From the sequence record SRR20825006_2049: 43,790 nt of DNA; one strand, given 5' to 3'. The notes beneath the pieces were generated by a model. It was not told where the DNA came from, searched no databases, and saw only the letters and a program-made list of their open reading frames with translations. This document shows positions 25,378 through 34,181 of the stretch, one piece after another; the first letter of the stretch is position 1, and the number at the start of each line of letters is the position of its first letter. The position numbers were made by a program, and so were the translations under genes.

Positions 25378-26871
25378 TTATTTGTAGAATGGATTCTGTG
25401 TGAGTGCTTTATTAGTGTACAGCTCAAACGTATTTATTGGTAAATAGTGGCTGTTAGGATCCTGAAGTTTTGCAAGAATACTTTGCTGTTGATTGGCAGG
25501 AGCACTGCGCAGCGCCACACCAAGTAAGATGTCTAAATAGGCGTAGTTGTTCTTACGCGCGTTACGCAATACATCAAACCAGCGTTTTCCTTCAAAGGCA
25601 AATTCGCGCGCACGTTCCGCTAGAATATAACGCCTTATCCCATCTTGATCCTGAGGTGTAACTTGTTCTTGCGTTTGCGCTATGGCAGCTCTTTTTTCTC
25701 TGAGATCTTCAATAATACTGATCGCTTCGGCGCCTCTTCCTAATTCGTTGAGGGCTTCGGCTTTCATCAATAAAGCATCAGAATATCTATAAACAAACCA
25801 GTGCGTGTCTGACTCTTGTAAAGCTTTACGTTGGTCTTCGTTAAGACCGGTGAATTTGTAAATTTCATTGGTTCCCGGAACCAGTGATGCACGTTCACCG
25901 CGCACGTCTTTGTTTTCAGGCTCATCGAAGTCTACTCCAAATACTTCTTCCAGCACCGCTGGAGCGGCTAGGTATTGCGGTTGCTGTAAAAAGATTCCAT
26001 AAAACGGACCACGATTTTCTGGTGTGTATTGAAGTTCAAAAATGCTTTCGGTAGAATTGCCTATGGCAAAAACCGTGGTAAACCATTGCGGACTCGCATC
26101 AATCAATTCAAATTGTCCTGAGTTGATGATCTTATCAGCAGCGACTAAAGCCTCATCATAATTTTCTAACCACAGGTTTAGATCTGCCTGCATCGCATTG
26201 ATGGCAAATTTTGTAATGCGGCCTTTGTTTTCAGGCGTGTTGCCATAATCTTCAACACTTAGGCGCTCTGCTTCGTTAAGATCAACCAGTACTTGCGCAA
26301 AAATTTGATCTTGTGGAGTGGTTTCAAGCTGAAAATTATCTCCATCAGACAAGGTGGCGTCAAGTTTAAGCGGTACATCTTTAAACGATTTCGCTAGCGT
26401 AAAATATAAATAAGCACGTATCGCCAAAGCTTCAGATAAATAATTGTTGAGCTGCTCTTGTGTAAGTGTTGGGTCTTCCTCAAGAACGTCTGGAGCAAGA
26501 TCGATCACCGTATTACAGTAGTTGATAATGCGATAAAATTGAGACCAGGTCGTAATACTGTTTGACGGTAAAATATTTGTGGTTATGATATCGCTTTGAT
26601 CGTTTGAGGTAAAAGCAGCCGGACTCACCATTCCTCCGCGTAATTCGCCGTACATAAATAAATATTCAGCGAGCGTTAGATCGCTTTCTGATGGCGGTGT
26701 GTTCAGCATAGCAGAATAAATGCCTATCACTGCTGCCTGAACATCTTCTTTAGTTTGCCAGAATTCTTGGCGTACAGTACCATTCTCAGGTCTAAGGTCT
26801 AAATAACTATCACAAGACAGACTTAATGCTGCAAGAAGGATAGTGAGTATATGTGTAATTCTTGTTTGCAT
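25378..26871 (-). CDS. susD: SusD/RagB family lipoprotein
   Basis: Lipobox SLSC followed by DSYLDLRP, motifs FYRIINYCN, EALAIRAYLYF, YRYSD.LLMKAEA and ER.REFAFEGKRWFD. Confidence 0.93.
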   Translation of the reverse strand: MQTRITHILTILLAALSLSCDSYLDLRPENGTVRQEFWQTKEDVQAAVIGIYSAMLNTPPSESDLTLAEYLFMYGELRGGMVSPAAFTSNDQSDIITTNILPSNSITTWSQFYRIINYCNTVIDLAPDVLEEDPTLTQEQLNNYLSEALAIRAYLYFTLAKSFKDVPLKLDATLSDGDNFQLETTPQDQIFAQVLVDLNEAERLSVEDYGNTPENKGRITKFAINAMQADLNLWLENYDEALVAADKIINSGQFELIDASPQWFTTVFAIGNSTESIFELQYTPENRGPFYGIFLQQPQYLAAPAVLEEVFGVDFDEPENKDVRGERASLVPGTNEIYKFTGLNEDQRKALQESDTHWFVYRYSDALLMKAEALNELGRGAEAISIIEDLREKRAAIAQTQEQVTPQDQDGIRRYILAERAREFAFEGKRWFDVLRNARKNNYAYLDILLGVALRSAPANQQQSILAKLQDPNSHYLPINTFELYTNKALTQNPFYK

Positions 26872-26888
26872 AGATATGATTGTTCTAA

Positions 26889-29800
26889 TTAAAATCGAGT
26901 TTGTATTCCTAAGGTAAATCGGCGCGTAGGGGGCGTTCTTGAGTAGTCAATTGCAATTCCAAAAGGATCGCCACCTCGCATATTCACTTCAGGGTCCTGA
27001 CCGCGATAATTGGTAAATGTGAGCAGGTTGTCTGCTGTTACATATACGCGCAGGTCATCGAGTTTCCATTTTTTGAGAAAAGGTTTTGTAAAGTTGTAGC
27101 TGAAGGTCGCAGAGCGGAAACGCACAAAAGAAGCATCTTCTACATAGCGATCTGAACCTAGCCAGTTGTAACCGGCACCGTACACCGCGCGAGGCATATT
27201 GGTCTGGTCGCCCGGGTTTCTCCATCTAGACAGTACTGCGGTACTCTGATTGTCATACGTATACATATTGGTTGTCAACATATCAGTACCATTCACGATG
27301 TCATAATCCAGACGATAGGTGAAAAACAACAACAGCTTAAACTGATCATTAAAGGTTACCGAAGGTCCAAAACCACCGGTGAATTTTGGGTTGCTATTTC
27401 CCAGATAAACCACATCTCTACTGTCTATATTTCCATCTTTATTGATGTCTTCATAGATAGCGTCTCCCGGTTGAAAAATATAATCTGTGTTAGGGTAGTT
27501 GAAGCGCATGTAAACCGTTTCACCATTAGGCCCGGTGATCACATTGCCATTAGCATCCCGTGCTTGCGTAGATTCTAAGTCAGGATATACACCTTTAAAG
27601 CGATAGCCGTAAAACGAACCAAAAGGATTGTCAGTTTGTAAAAAGCGCTTGAACTCTCCATTACGATCTACATTACCGCTTTCGCTTGGGTAGAATTCTG
27701 AAATTTCTCTAATGATATTCTGATTGCTCGCAATGTTGAAGTTGAAGTCCACCTTCCATTTATCTGTTTTGATAGGAGTGGTGTACAGACCTACTTCCCA
27801 ACCTTGGTTATCTAATGTACCTACGTTTTGATCAGAAAGGTTGCTGTAACCCGATACGGTAGTTAAATCTACATTTTGGAACAGTAGATCTTTTGTTCGG
27901 TTTTTATAGACATCAACATCAAGCATAATTCTTCGGTTGAACATTTGTAGGTTTAAACCAATGTTCTGCCCGGTGAGAGTTTCCCAACGTAGATTGTCGA
28001 GTTCAATGTTTTGTGGGTAAACCCCGTTCATTCCTAAATAAGAAGAATTAAAGTTTCCGTAGACATTAAAATAGCGGTAATCGTAACGCGGCGCACGACC
28101 TGATTGACCATAACTAGCTCTAAAACTCAAGTCATCAATAAAATCATAGTTATCCATAAAAGGCTCTCCCGAAACTCTCCATCGCGTAGAAACAGAAGGG
28201 AAAAGTGCATAGCGATTACCCGGACCAAATTTTGAATTTCCGTCGCCACGTACACCTACATTCAGAATATAACGATCCAGTAAACTATATTGAGCATTTA
28301 CTAATGCAGCGACGTTGCGAGACTGACTATTGTTATTATAAAGTTGCAATTCCGCATTTTGTGTTCTGGAAGGAACAGACGGGTCTGTAAGCAATGAAGA
28401 CGCTGTGTTTGAAGTCAGTGCCTGGTGAGACTCGTATCTAAAATCATTGGTTTGAATAGATAAAAGCGTTTGCAACGAGTGATCTTTGCCAATCTCCGGT
28501 GTGTAAATAAGATTAGTCTTTGAGGTTACACTAGCAATATCTACATCCGCATCAGAAGCTTGGTTGACCACAGTTTCTGTAAACGGTCTTCCGGTTGCAT
28601 TTTGTGGTAAAAATGCTTTGGCCTTGGTACTGTTGAAGTCAAATTGCAGATCAAAAGTCGAGATCAATCGGCGTGGGATTAAATCTACTTTTAGATTGAA
28701 ATGCGGTACGATACGTTCTCCTGTCTGTTCGTTGGTCGCATATTCTGCCATCGCTACAGGATTGTAGGTTCGGCTATAGGCGCCTTGAATATTTTGGGCA
28801 GGAGAGAAATAATTAGGAGTAAGATCTCCTACATCGTCATACTCATAGATGCTCATATTAGGCATTTTAGTATAAGCGACGCTTCTGAGTCGGTCTCCGC
28901 TGCTGGTTCCGTTAACGTAGTTTCGGTCTGTAACCGTATGTGTATAAGCGATATCAGCCTTGAATCTTATTCTGTCTGAAACAACGTAATCTAAATTCAG
29001 ACGCCCATTAATACGTTGAAAAGCGGTTCCTTTAGTTACACCTTTAGAATCGTAGTAACCTACTGAAGTATAGTAACGTGCTTTCTCACCACCACCTTGT
29101 AAAGAAAGATTGTGTTCTCCCGTTAAACCGGTCTGCGAAATGGCATCAACCCAATCTGTATTATTACCGTAGTTTTTATAGAAATATACCTCTTGTGGAT
29201 CGTATTGAAATTCTTTTACAGTAAGTGTATTTAGTGGCGTCCCATTGCGATTCATAAATTCCTCAGGAATCAATTGCGAATATTGATCTCCGCTTAACAT
29301 AGGTATGGTACGCGGTAACTTCATAAAAGTACCCGTAAAAGTGTATCCAATTTTTGGTGCACCTACAGAACCCCGTTTGGTATTGATGACAAGCACACCA
29401 CTTGCAGCACGTGCTCCCCACATTGCTGTAGCTGCCGCATCTTTAAGTATGGTAATACTTTCAATATCTGAGGGTGCGATATTTAATAATGCCGCATAGC
29501 CTTGTTCGTCAGCAGAGCCAAAGTTAAAATCCTCAGGGATTGAAGTCTCATAAGGCATTCCGTCAACAACCACGAGTGGATCAGACGAACCGGTGATAGA
29601 TGAAGTTCCGCGGATGCGTATTTGCATTCCCGCTCCGGGATCTCCCGAGTTTGCCGTGATATCCACACCAGGAACGCGCCCTTGCAAGGCTTCGTCTATA
29701 GAAGCAGCCTGAGTATTTTCTACATCTGCCGCCTTTACTGTAACGGTACTGGTGGTCATATTTCGCTCTGAAATATCAAGTAAACCGCTTTCTGTTGGTT

Positions 29801-30167
29801 TTTCAACACTAATCATAACTTCATCAAGTTCATCTACTGATGGCGTAAGATTAATAGTGTAGCTCGACTGTCCTGAAAGGGGTATCGTTTGCGAAGTATA
29901 TCCTAAAGTTGAAATAACCAGTTTATTGCTTCGGCTTTTTACACGTATGGCAAAATTTCCGTCAAAATCTGCAATGACTCCGGTTACCGTTCTGTTTTCG
30001 GCATCTTGTTCAGCAATCGTTGCCCCGGGTATGGGTTGATTATTAGAGCTATCTAAAATAGTACCTCTAACTACCATATTGGCATCTTGAGCAAGCGTTT
30101 GATTACTTACTAGAATAAAAAGGATTATGGTGAAACAATAATGTATAGTTGTGTAAAGTTGTCTCAT
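26889..30167 (-). CDS. susC: SusC/RagA TonB-dependent transporter
   Basis: TonB-box-like LDEVMI, motifs ALQGRVPGV, DPLVVVDG, DIESITILKDAAA...GAR.ASGV.VINTKRG and LRWET, and a C-terminal Phe. Confidence 0.95.
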   Translation of the reverse strand: MRQLYTTIHYCFTIILFILVSNQTLAQDANMVVRGTILDSSNNQPIPGATIAEQDAENRTVTGVIADFDGNFAIRVKSRSNKLVISTLGYTSQTIPLSGQSSYTINLTPSVDELDEVMISVEKPTESGLLDISERNMTTSTVTVKAADVENTQAASIDEALQGRVPGVDITANSGDPGAGMQIRIRGTSSITGSSDPLVVVDGMPYETSIPEDFNFGSADEQGYAALLNIAPSDIESITILKDAAATAMWGARAASGVLVINTKRGSVGAPKIGYTFTGTFMKLPRTIPMLSGDQYSQLIPEEFMNRNGTPLNTLTVKEFQYDPQEVYFYKNYGNNTDWVDAISQTGLTGEHNLSLQGGGEKARYYTSVGYYDSKGVTKGTAFQRINGRLNLDYVVSDRIRFKADIAYTHTVTDRNYVNGTSSGDRLRSVAYTKMPNMSIYEYDDVGDLTPNYFSPAQNIQGAYSRTYNPVAMAEYATNEQTGERIVPHFNLKVDLIPRRLISTFDLQFDFNSTKAKAFLPQNATGRPFTETVVNQASDADVDIASVTSKTNLIYTPEIGKDHSLQTLLSIQTNDFRYESHQALTSNTASSLLTDPSVPSRTQNAELQLYNNNSQSRNVAALVNAQYSLLDRYILNVGVRGDGNSKFGPGNRYALFPSVSTRWRVSGEPFMDNYDFIDDLSFRASYGQSGRAPRYDYRYFNVYGNFNSSYLGMNGVYPQNIELDNLRWETLTGQNIGLNLQMFNRRIMLDVDVYKNRTKDLLFQNVDLTTVSGYSNLSDQNVGTLDNQGWEVGLYTTPIKTDKWKVDFNFNIASNQNIIREISEFYPSESGNVDRNGEFKRFLQTDNPFGSFYGYRFKGVYPDLESTQARDANGNVITGPNGETVYMRFNYPNTDYIFQPGDAIYEDINKDGNIDSRDVVYLGNSNPKFTGGFGPSVTFNDQFKLLLFFTYRLDYDIVNGTDMLTTNMYTYDNQSTAVLSRWRNPGDQTNMPRAVYGAGYNWLGSDRYVEDASFVRFRSATFSYNFTKPFLKKWKLDDLRVYVTADNLLTFTNYRGQDPEVNMRGGDPFGIAIDYSRTPPTRRFTLGIQTRF

Positions 30168-30168
30168 C

Positions 30169-32403
30169 TTATTCTGTATATAAAAGGTAGTTATCTACTA
30201 GGTGTATTAAACTGCGATCTGCAAGGTTGTTGCTAGCGCTGGGAATATAATCGGCGATGCGTCCTGCGGAATCTACAAAGCTCAGTTCGCCAGGGCCGGT
30301 TATTAAACCTATATAGGTTTTTTCTCCAATGCCGTCTCTACGTAAAGTTTCTATCTGGCCGCTGATCAAACCATCGTCTGAAGCGGTTCGGGTGGCAAGA
30401 ATGTGGTAACGTATAAAGTCTGCTACCTGATCCTGTTGCCCACCGTTTGAGGGGTTAAAGTCAGGGATTCCCGTTGTGGAATCACCCGGTAGGACACCAT
30501 CTCGTACTGCTTGTTCAATAGCAGCATTATTGGGTACCACAAAGGTGTAAGATGTACCGAGTTCAACACCGGTAATGCTTCCGGCAGCGGGATCATAGAG
30601 TAAAGAATTCTCCAGATAATTATAAAAATTGCTGTATTCTGAATCAGGTTCTTCCGCCAGGCGCATAATATCTAAACCGGGCGCTTCTTCACTAAATTCC
30701 AGTAAATTGTCAATATAATAGGTGCGGCCGTTGCGCTGATCTTCAAACCCTATAATGTTTACTCGGTTTCCTAAGACCTCATTTCCGGCAGCAAAGACCG
30801 TATTGTTTTCCCATTTAATGTATTCTCCCGGAAGGTCAAAATCACCAGAACGAATGATTCCTGAACCGGAAAGGTCATTAAGTTCGTCATTAGGCGTGGG
30901 GATAATGCCGTTATAAAGCACGCGCAACAAACGAGACCTGGCAATAGTACCGGCCACGGTGTTTCCGGTAGCAGGATTTGTATACACCCATTCTTCACGA
31001 TTAATGTTGTAATCGTAACCTAAATCTCTAAGAACATCATCAGACGGCAGGAACAGCGTGTATCTGCTATTGATATTGCTTATGATTTCGCGATAGCCTG
31101 AACCATCATTATACAAGCGTGTCGCTAAGGTGAATTCAGGATCTAAATACGCCGAAGTATATACACTAAAAAATAAGTTAGACTCTTGCACTTTATTGGT
31201 GCCATAGAAGAAGCCATTGCTTAAAACCTGAGCTTCATTTACTTCAGTGCTTAAATCAATGCGTATATCTTCTTCTAGTGCATTACTATAGGCTTCCACA
31301 AGCGAAGGCCAGACTGCATTTTGTACCATATGCGCATTCACAAAATCCTCAAAAACATATTTAGGGAGTAGGTCTAGCGATGCATAATTCTTGAGCAAAA
31401 CTTCATCAATAAAGCTTTGCAGAACGCTATTTTCAGGAACAAACATGGTATAAGCATCGCTCTGCCCATCATTGTCTGCTTCTTTGAGGTAGTTTTCATT
31501 ATTTGGTGAAAAGGATAGCGCAGGGTCATATACTTTTATGTAAACCTGATCTGTATTTCTAGTAAAATTCTGATAGGTAGTGGTCGCATCCTGATCAAAC
31601 ACATAGTTTACAAGATTGTCCTCAAGGATGCTTCTAAAAAGGCTGTATTCGCTGCTGGTTTCAAGCTTTTGATCGAGATTGATTAATGGAAGCGAGACTT
31701 CATCAACTTCGTGAATGATCCCGTTTTCTGCAACAATATCAGCATTAACCATTGAAGAACCCAGTACATTAAAGCCTGTATATGATTGCCCCGGGAAGAA
31801 ATAATTGTAATCAAAGGCTCCTAAGCCATTGGCGGTCATATATTCATCTACAAAATAGGTGAGGTACTTATTGTTGTTGTCCCCGGGAATGTAAGGGTCG
31901 CCGTCAGGAGCGTTATTCCGGTTAGAACCGGCGACAACGATTTCGTTTCCATCTACTGTTTTGACTTCAAAACCATCATAATAGGCGGTTCTTCTTCTAA
32001 ATGCGTTGTCTTCTTCCCAGCCTGTATTAGATTGATAGTCTGAAAGACGCTCTGTTCTGAAGGCATTATAGATAAGCGCGTATCTAACGATCTTGTTTGC
32101 CAAGACGGAATCGATTGCACTAACGTTAGCGATACCTTGTTCTTGAAAGAAACGCTCAAAAGCCTCATCGTTTGGGGCGATCATGGTCCAGTAACCAGCT
32201 TTCCCTAAAATATCTTTGTAATTGGCTTTTTCAATAAGTTGTGTAAGCACAGTAAAATTTCCTCGAGCTTCTAATTGTTGATAAATAGGCTCCTCAAGGT
32301 CATCGGGTCTTGCATAATATTCATCAAATTCTTTAGAGCTGCAACTAGCGATAACGATTGCGCAACAGAGAAATAAGATGTGCGTGAGTAATGGTCTATT
32401 CAT
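30169..32403 (-). CDS. Multi-fasciclin lipoprotein (about four FAS1 domains)
   Basis: Four H1-like motifs (WTMIAPNDEAF, YTMFVPENSVL, YTLFLPSDDVL, YTFVVPNNAAI), H2 motifs AENGIIHEVD and LIHLVDNYL, and lipobox IASC. Confidence 0.85.
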   Translation of the reverse strand: MNRPLLTHILFLCCAIVIASCSSKEFDEYYARPDDLEEPIYQQLEARGNFTVLTQLIEKANYKDILGKAGYWTMIAPNDEAFERFFQEQGIANVSAIDSVLANKIVRYALIYNAFRTERLSDYQSNTGWEEDNAFRRRTAYYDGFEVKTVDGNEIVVAGSNRNNAPDGDPYIPGDNNNKYLTYFVDEYMTANGLGAFDYNYFFPGQSYTGFNVLGSSMVNADIVAENGIIHEVDEVSLPLINLDQKLETSSEYSLFRSILEDNLVNYVFDQDATTTYQNFTRNTDQVYIKVYDPALSFSPNNENYLKEADNDGQSDAYTMFVPENSVLQSFIDEVLLKNYASLDLLPKYVFEDFVNAHMVQNAVWPSLVEAYSNALEEDIRIDLSTEVNEAQVLSNGFFYGTNKVQESNLFFSVYTSAYLDPEFTLATRLYNDGSGYREIISNINSRYTLFLPSDDVLRDLGYDYNINREEWVYTNPATGNTVAGTIARSRLLRVLYNGIIPTPNDELNDLSGSGIIRSGDFDLPGEYIKWENNTVFAAGNEVLGNRVNIIGFEDQRNGRTYYIDNLLEFSEEAPGLDIMRLAEEPDSEYSNFYNYLENSLLYDPAAGSITGVELGTSYTFVVPNNAAIEQAVRDGVLPGDSTTGIPDFNPSNGGQQDQVADFIRYHILATRTASDDGLISGQIETLRRDGIGEKTYIGLITGPGELSFVDSAGRIADYIPSASNNLADRSLIHLVDNYLLYTE

Positions 32404-32431
32404 TTAATTGATTTATAGCTGATGAATTGAT

Positions 32432-32456
32432 AGATGGATTAGGGGGAGCTCCATCT
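32432..32456 (-). promoter_or_regulatory. Leader hairpin with a C-rich loop
   Basis: The minus strand reads AGATGGA-GCTCCCCCTAA-TCCATCT, 28 nt upstream of the start codon at 32403. Confidence 0.5.
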
Positions 32457-32484
32457 GAGTAACTTGTTAAATTTATTAACAACC

Positions 32485-32541
32485 CAAATGTATTAGGAAA
32501 TCTAATTTTGACTATCCTGCTCTAACCTGCTTAAAATCTGC
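32485..32541 (-). promoter_or_regulatory. Promoter of the fasciclin/susCD operon: three GCAG repeats ending CAGGATAG-N19-TACATTTG
   Basis: The minus strand reads GCAGATTTTAA-GCAGGTTAGA-GCAGGATAG, then 19 bp, then the -7 element at 32485-32492. Confidence 0.7.
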
Positions 32542-32860
32542 TAAAAGCATTTAGTTGTGGGGGTTAGAGGTGGGTTGATGCGCGTTGAAGTCAGAGAATA
32601 TGCAGGATAGTGTACGATTTACATTTATTTTATATTTTATGATAAATTTTAGAAGGTGTGAGGCAAAACTTTGCAAAAACTGATCATTTTTTACTGCTTG
32701 TTGGTTTTGGAGAGGATTAAAACAGTATTCGCTTAAAGATTTAAATTGTCAATTCTAGGTAAATTCGTCACATTTCTATTGAGCAGGCATTTTTTTAGTT
32801 AAATATCCACGAAATTTCAGTTTGTAAGCAAAATTCTTTGGATAACAACAAATAGTATAT

Positions 32861-32913
32861 TATGTTTGTGCAATCGATTGTATTTTTATTTACTTAAATT
32901 GAAATCGTTTTCG
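32861..32913 (+). promoter_or_regulatory. -7 element (TATGTTTG) followed by two LacI-type operators
   Basis: -7 element at 32861-32868. TGCAATCGATTGTA (32869-32882) and GAAATCGTTTTC (32901-32912) fit the LacI/GalR pattern GNAANCGNTTNC. Confidence 0.65.
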
Positions 32914-32934
32914 TAATCCATTATTACTAATCTT

Positions 32935-34161
32935 ATGAAGAAATCAAGTGTCTTTTATGCTGTGCTCATCCTTTTTATAGGGCTCAGCAGTTCTTGTAAA
33001 CAATCTGCCAAACAAGAATCGCAAGAAGATAAAGCAGTCACCGAAAATATGTCTCTGGAAGGTAAAAAATGGTCTGTTCAAATGGCTGAGTCTATCAGGC
33101 ATAGATTCCCGGAAGGCTATCAAATTGATGACCGAACCACGGCAAAATGGGATTATGTACACGGACTGGTTTTAAAAGCTTTTCTTGATCTTGAGATGGT
33201 GACAGATTCTGTTGCGTATTACGATTATGTGGCTGATTATGCTGATCAGTTGGTCAACGAGGACGGAAGTATTGAAACCTATACGCTGGACGATTACAAT
33301 ATAGATATGATCAATGCCGGTAAATTGCTCTTTGAGGTTTACGAGCGCTCGGGGAACGAAAAATACCTGAAGGCGATGCAACTATTGAGAAAGCAATTGG
33401 CAGAACACCCCAGAACATCCCAAGGCGGTTTTTGGCATAAAAAACGGTACCCAAGTCAGATGTGGTTAGATGGTTTGTATATGGGAGCGCCTTTTTACGC
33501 CCAGTACGCAGTCACTTTCGGTGATCCTGAAAATTTAAACGACGTCGCTAAACAGTTTGACTTGATTCAAGAGCACGCGATCGATCCTGAAACTCAATTA
33601 CTTTATCACGGTTGGGATGAAAGCAGAGAGCAGCAATGGGCTGATCAAGAAACCGGCGTGTCGCCTAACTTTTGGTCCAGATCATTAGGTTGGTACATGA
33701 TGGCTTTGGTTGATGTGTTAGATTATTTCCCGGAAGAACATCCTAAACGAAAGGAGCTGATTTCTTACTTACAACAGCTCACCGAAGCTTTAATTCCTTA
33801 TCAACATGAAAGTGGTTTATGGTATCAAGTGCCTACGATGGGAGACAAAGAAGGGAACTATTTAGAGGCATCCGGATCTTCTATGTTTGCTTATGCAATT
33901 GCAAAAGGAGTGAATAAAGGCTATCTTGATCAGCGTTTTAAAGCTGTAGCCAATAAAGCTTTTGACGGCTTAACGCAAGAACTCATTGTGCGTAATGATG
34001 ATGGAACGATTACCCTGACTCAGGTATGCGCCGTAGCCGGTTTAGGAGGAGATCCGTATCGCGATGGTTCGTTTGAGTATTATGTAAATGAGCGTCAAAA
34101 AGATAACGACCCAAAAGGAACAGGTCCGTTTATTATGGCTGCACTTCAACTAGATCGCTAA
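32935..34161 (+). CDS. Glycoside hydrolase family 105 (unsaturated rhamnogalacturonyl/uronyl hydrolase, YteR-like), lipoprotein
   Basis: Motifs WDY..G, YNIDMIN.GK, GGFWHK..YP.QMWLDGLYM, HGWDES, FWSR.LGW, GLWYQV and NYLEAS.S.M; lipobox SSSC. Confidence 0.92.
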   Translation: MKKSSVFYAVLILFIGLSSSCKQSAKQESQEDKAVTENMSLEGKKWSVQMAESIRHRFPEGYQIDDRTTAKWDYVHGLVLKAFLDLEMVTDSVAYYDYVADYADQLVNEDGSIETYTLDDYNIDMINAGKLLFEVYERSGNEKYLKAMQLLRKQLAEHPRTSQGGFWHKKRYPSQMWLDGLYMGAPFYAQYAVTFGDPENLNDVAKQFDLIQEHAIDPETQLLYHGWDESREQQWADQETGVSPNFWSRSLGWYMMALVDVLDYFPEEHPKRKELISYLQQLTEALIPYQHESGLWYQVPTMGDKEGNYLEASGSSMFAYAIAKGVNKGYLDQRFKAVANKAFDGLTQELIVRNDDGTITLTQVCAVAGLGGDPYRDGSFEYYVNERQKDNDPKGTGPFIMAALQLDR

Positions 34162-34181
34162 TCAAACAAGAATCAAAAAAA

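Noticed and set aside
32935-34161. GH88 assignment for the hydrolase
   Set aside because: WLDGLYM, HGWDES and FWSR.LGW match YteR-like GH105 better. An HMM search (dbCAN) would settle it.
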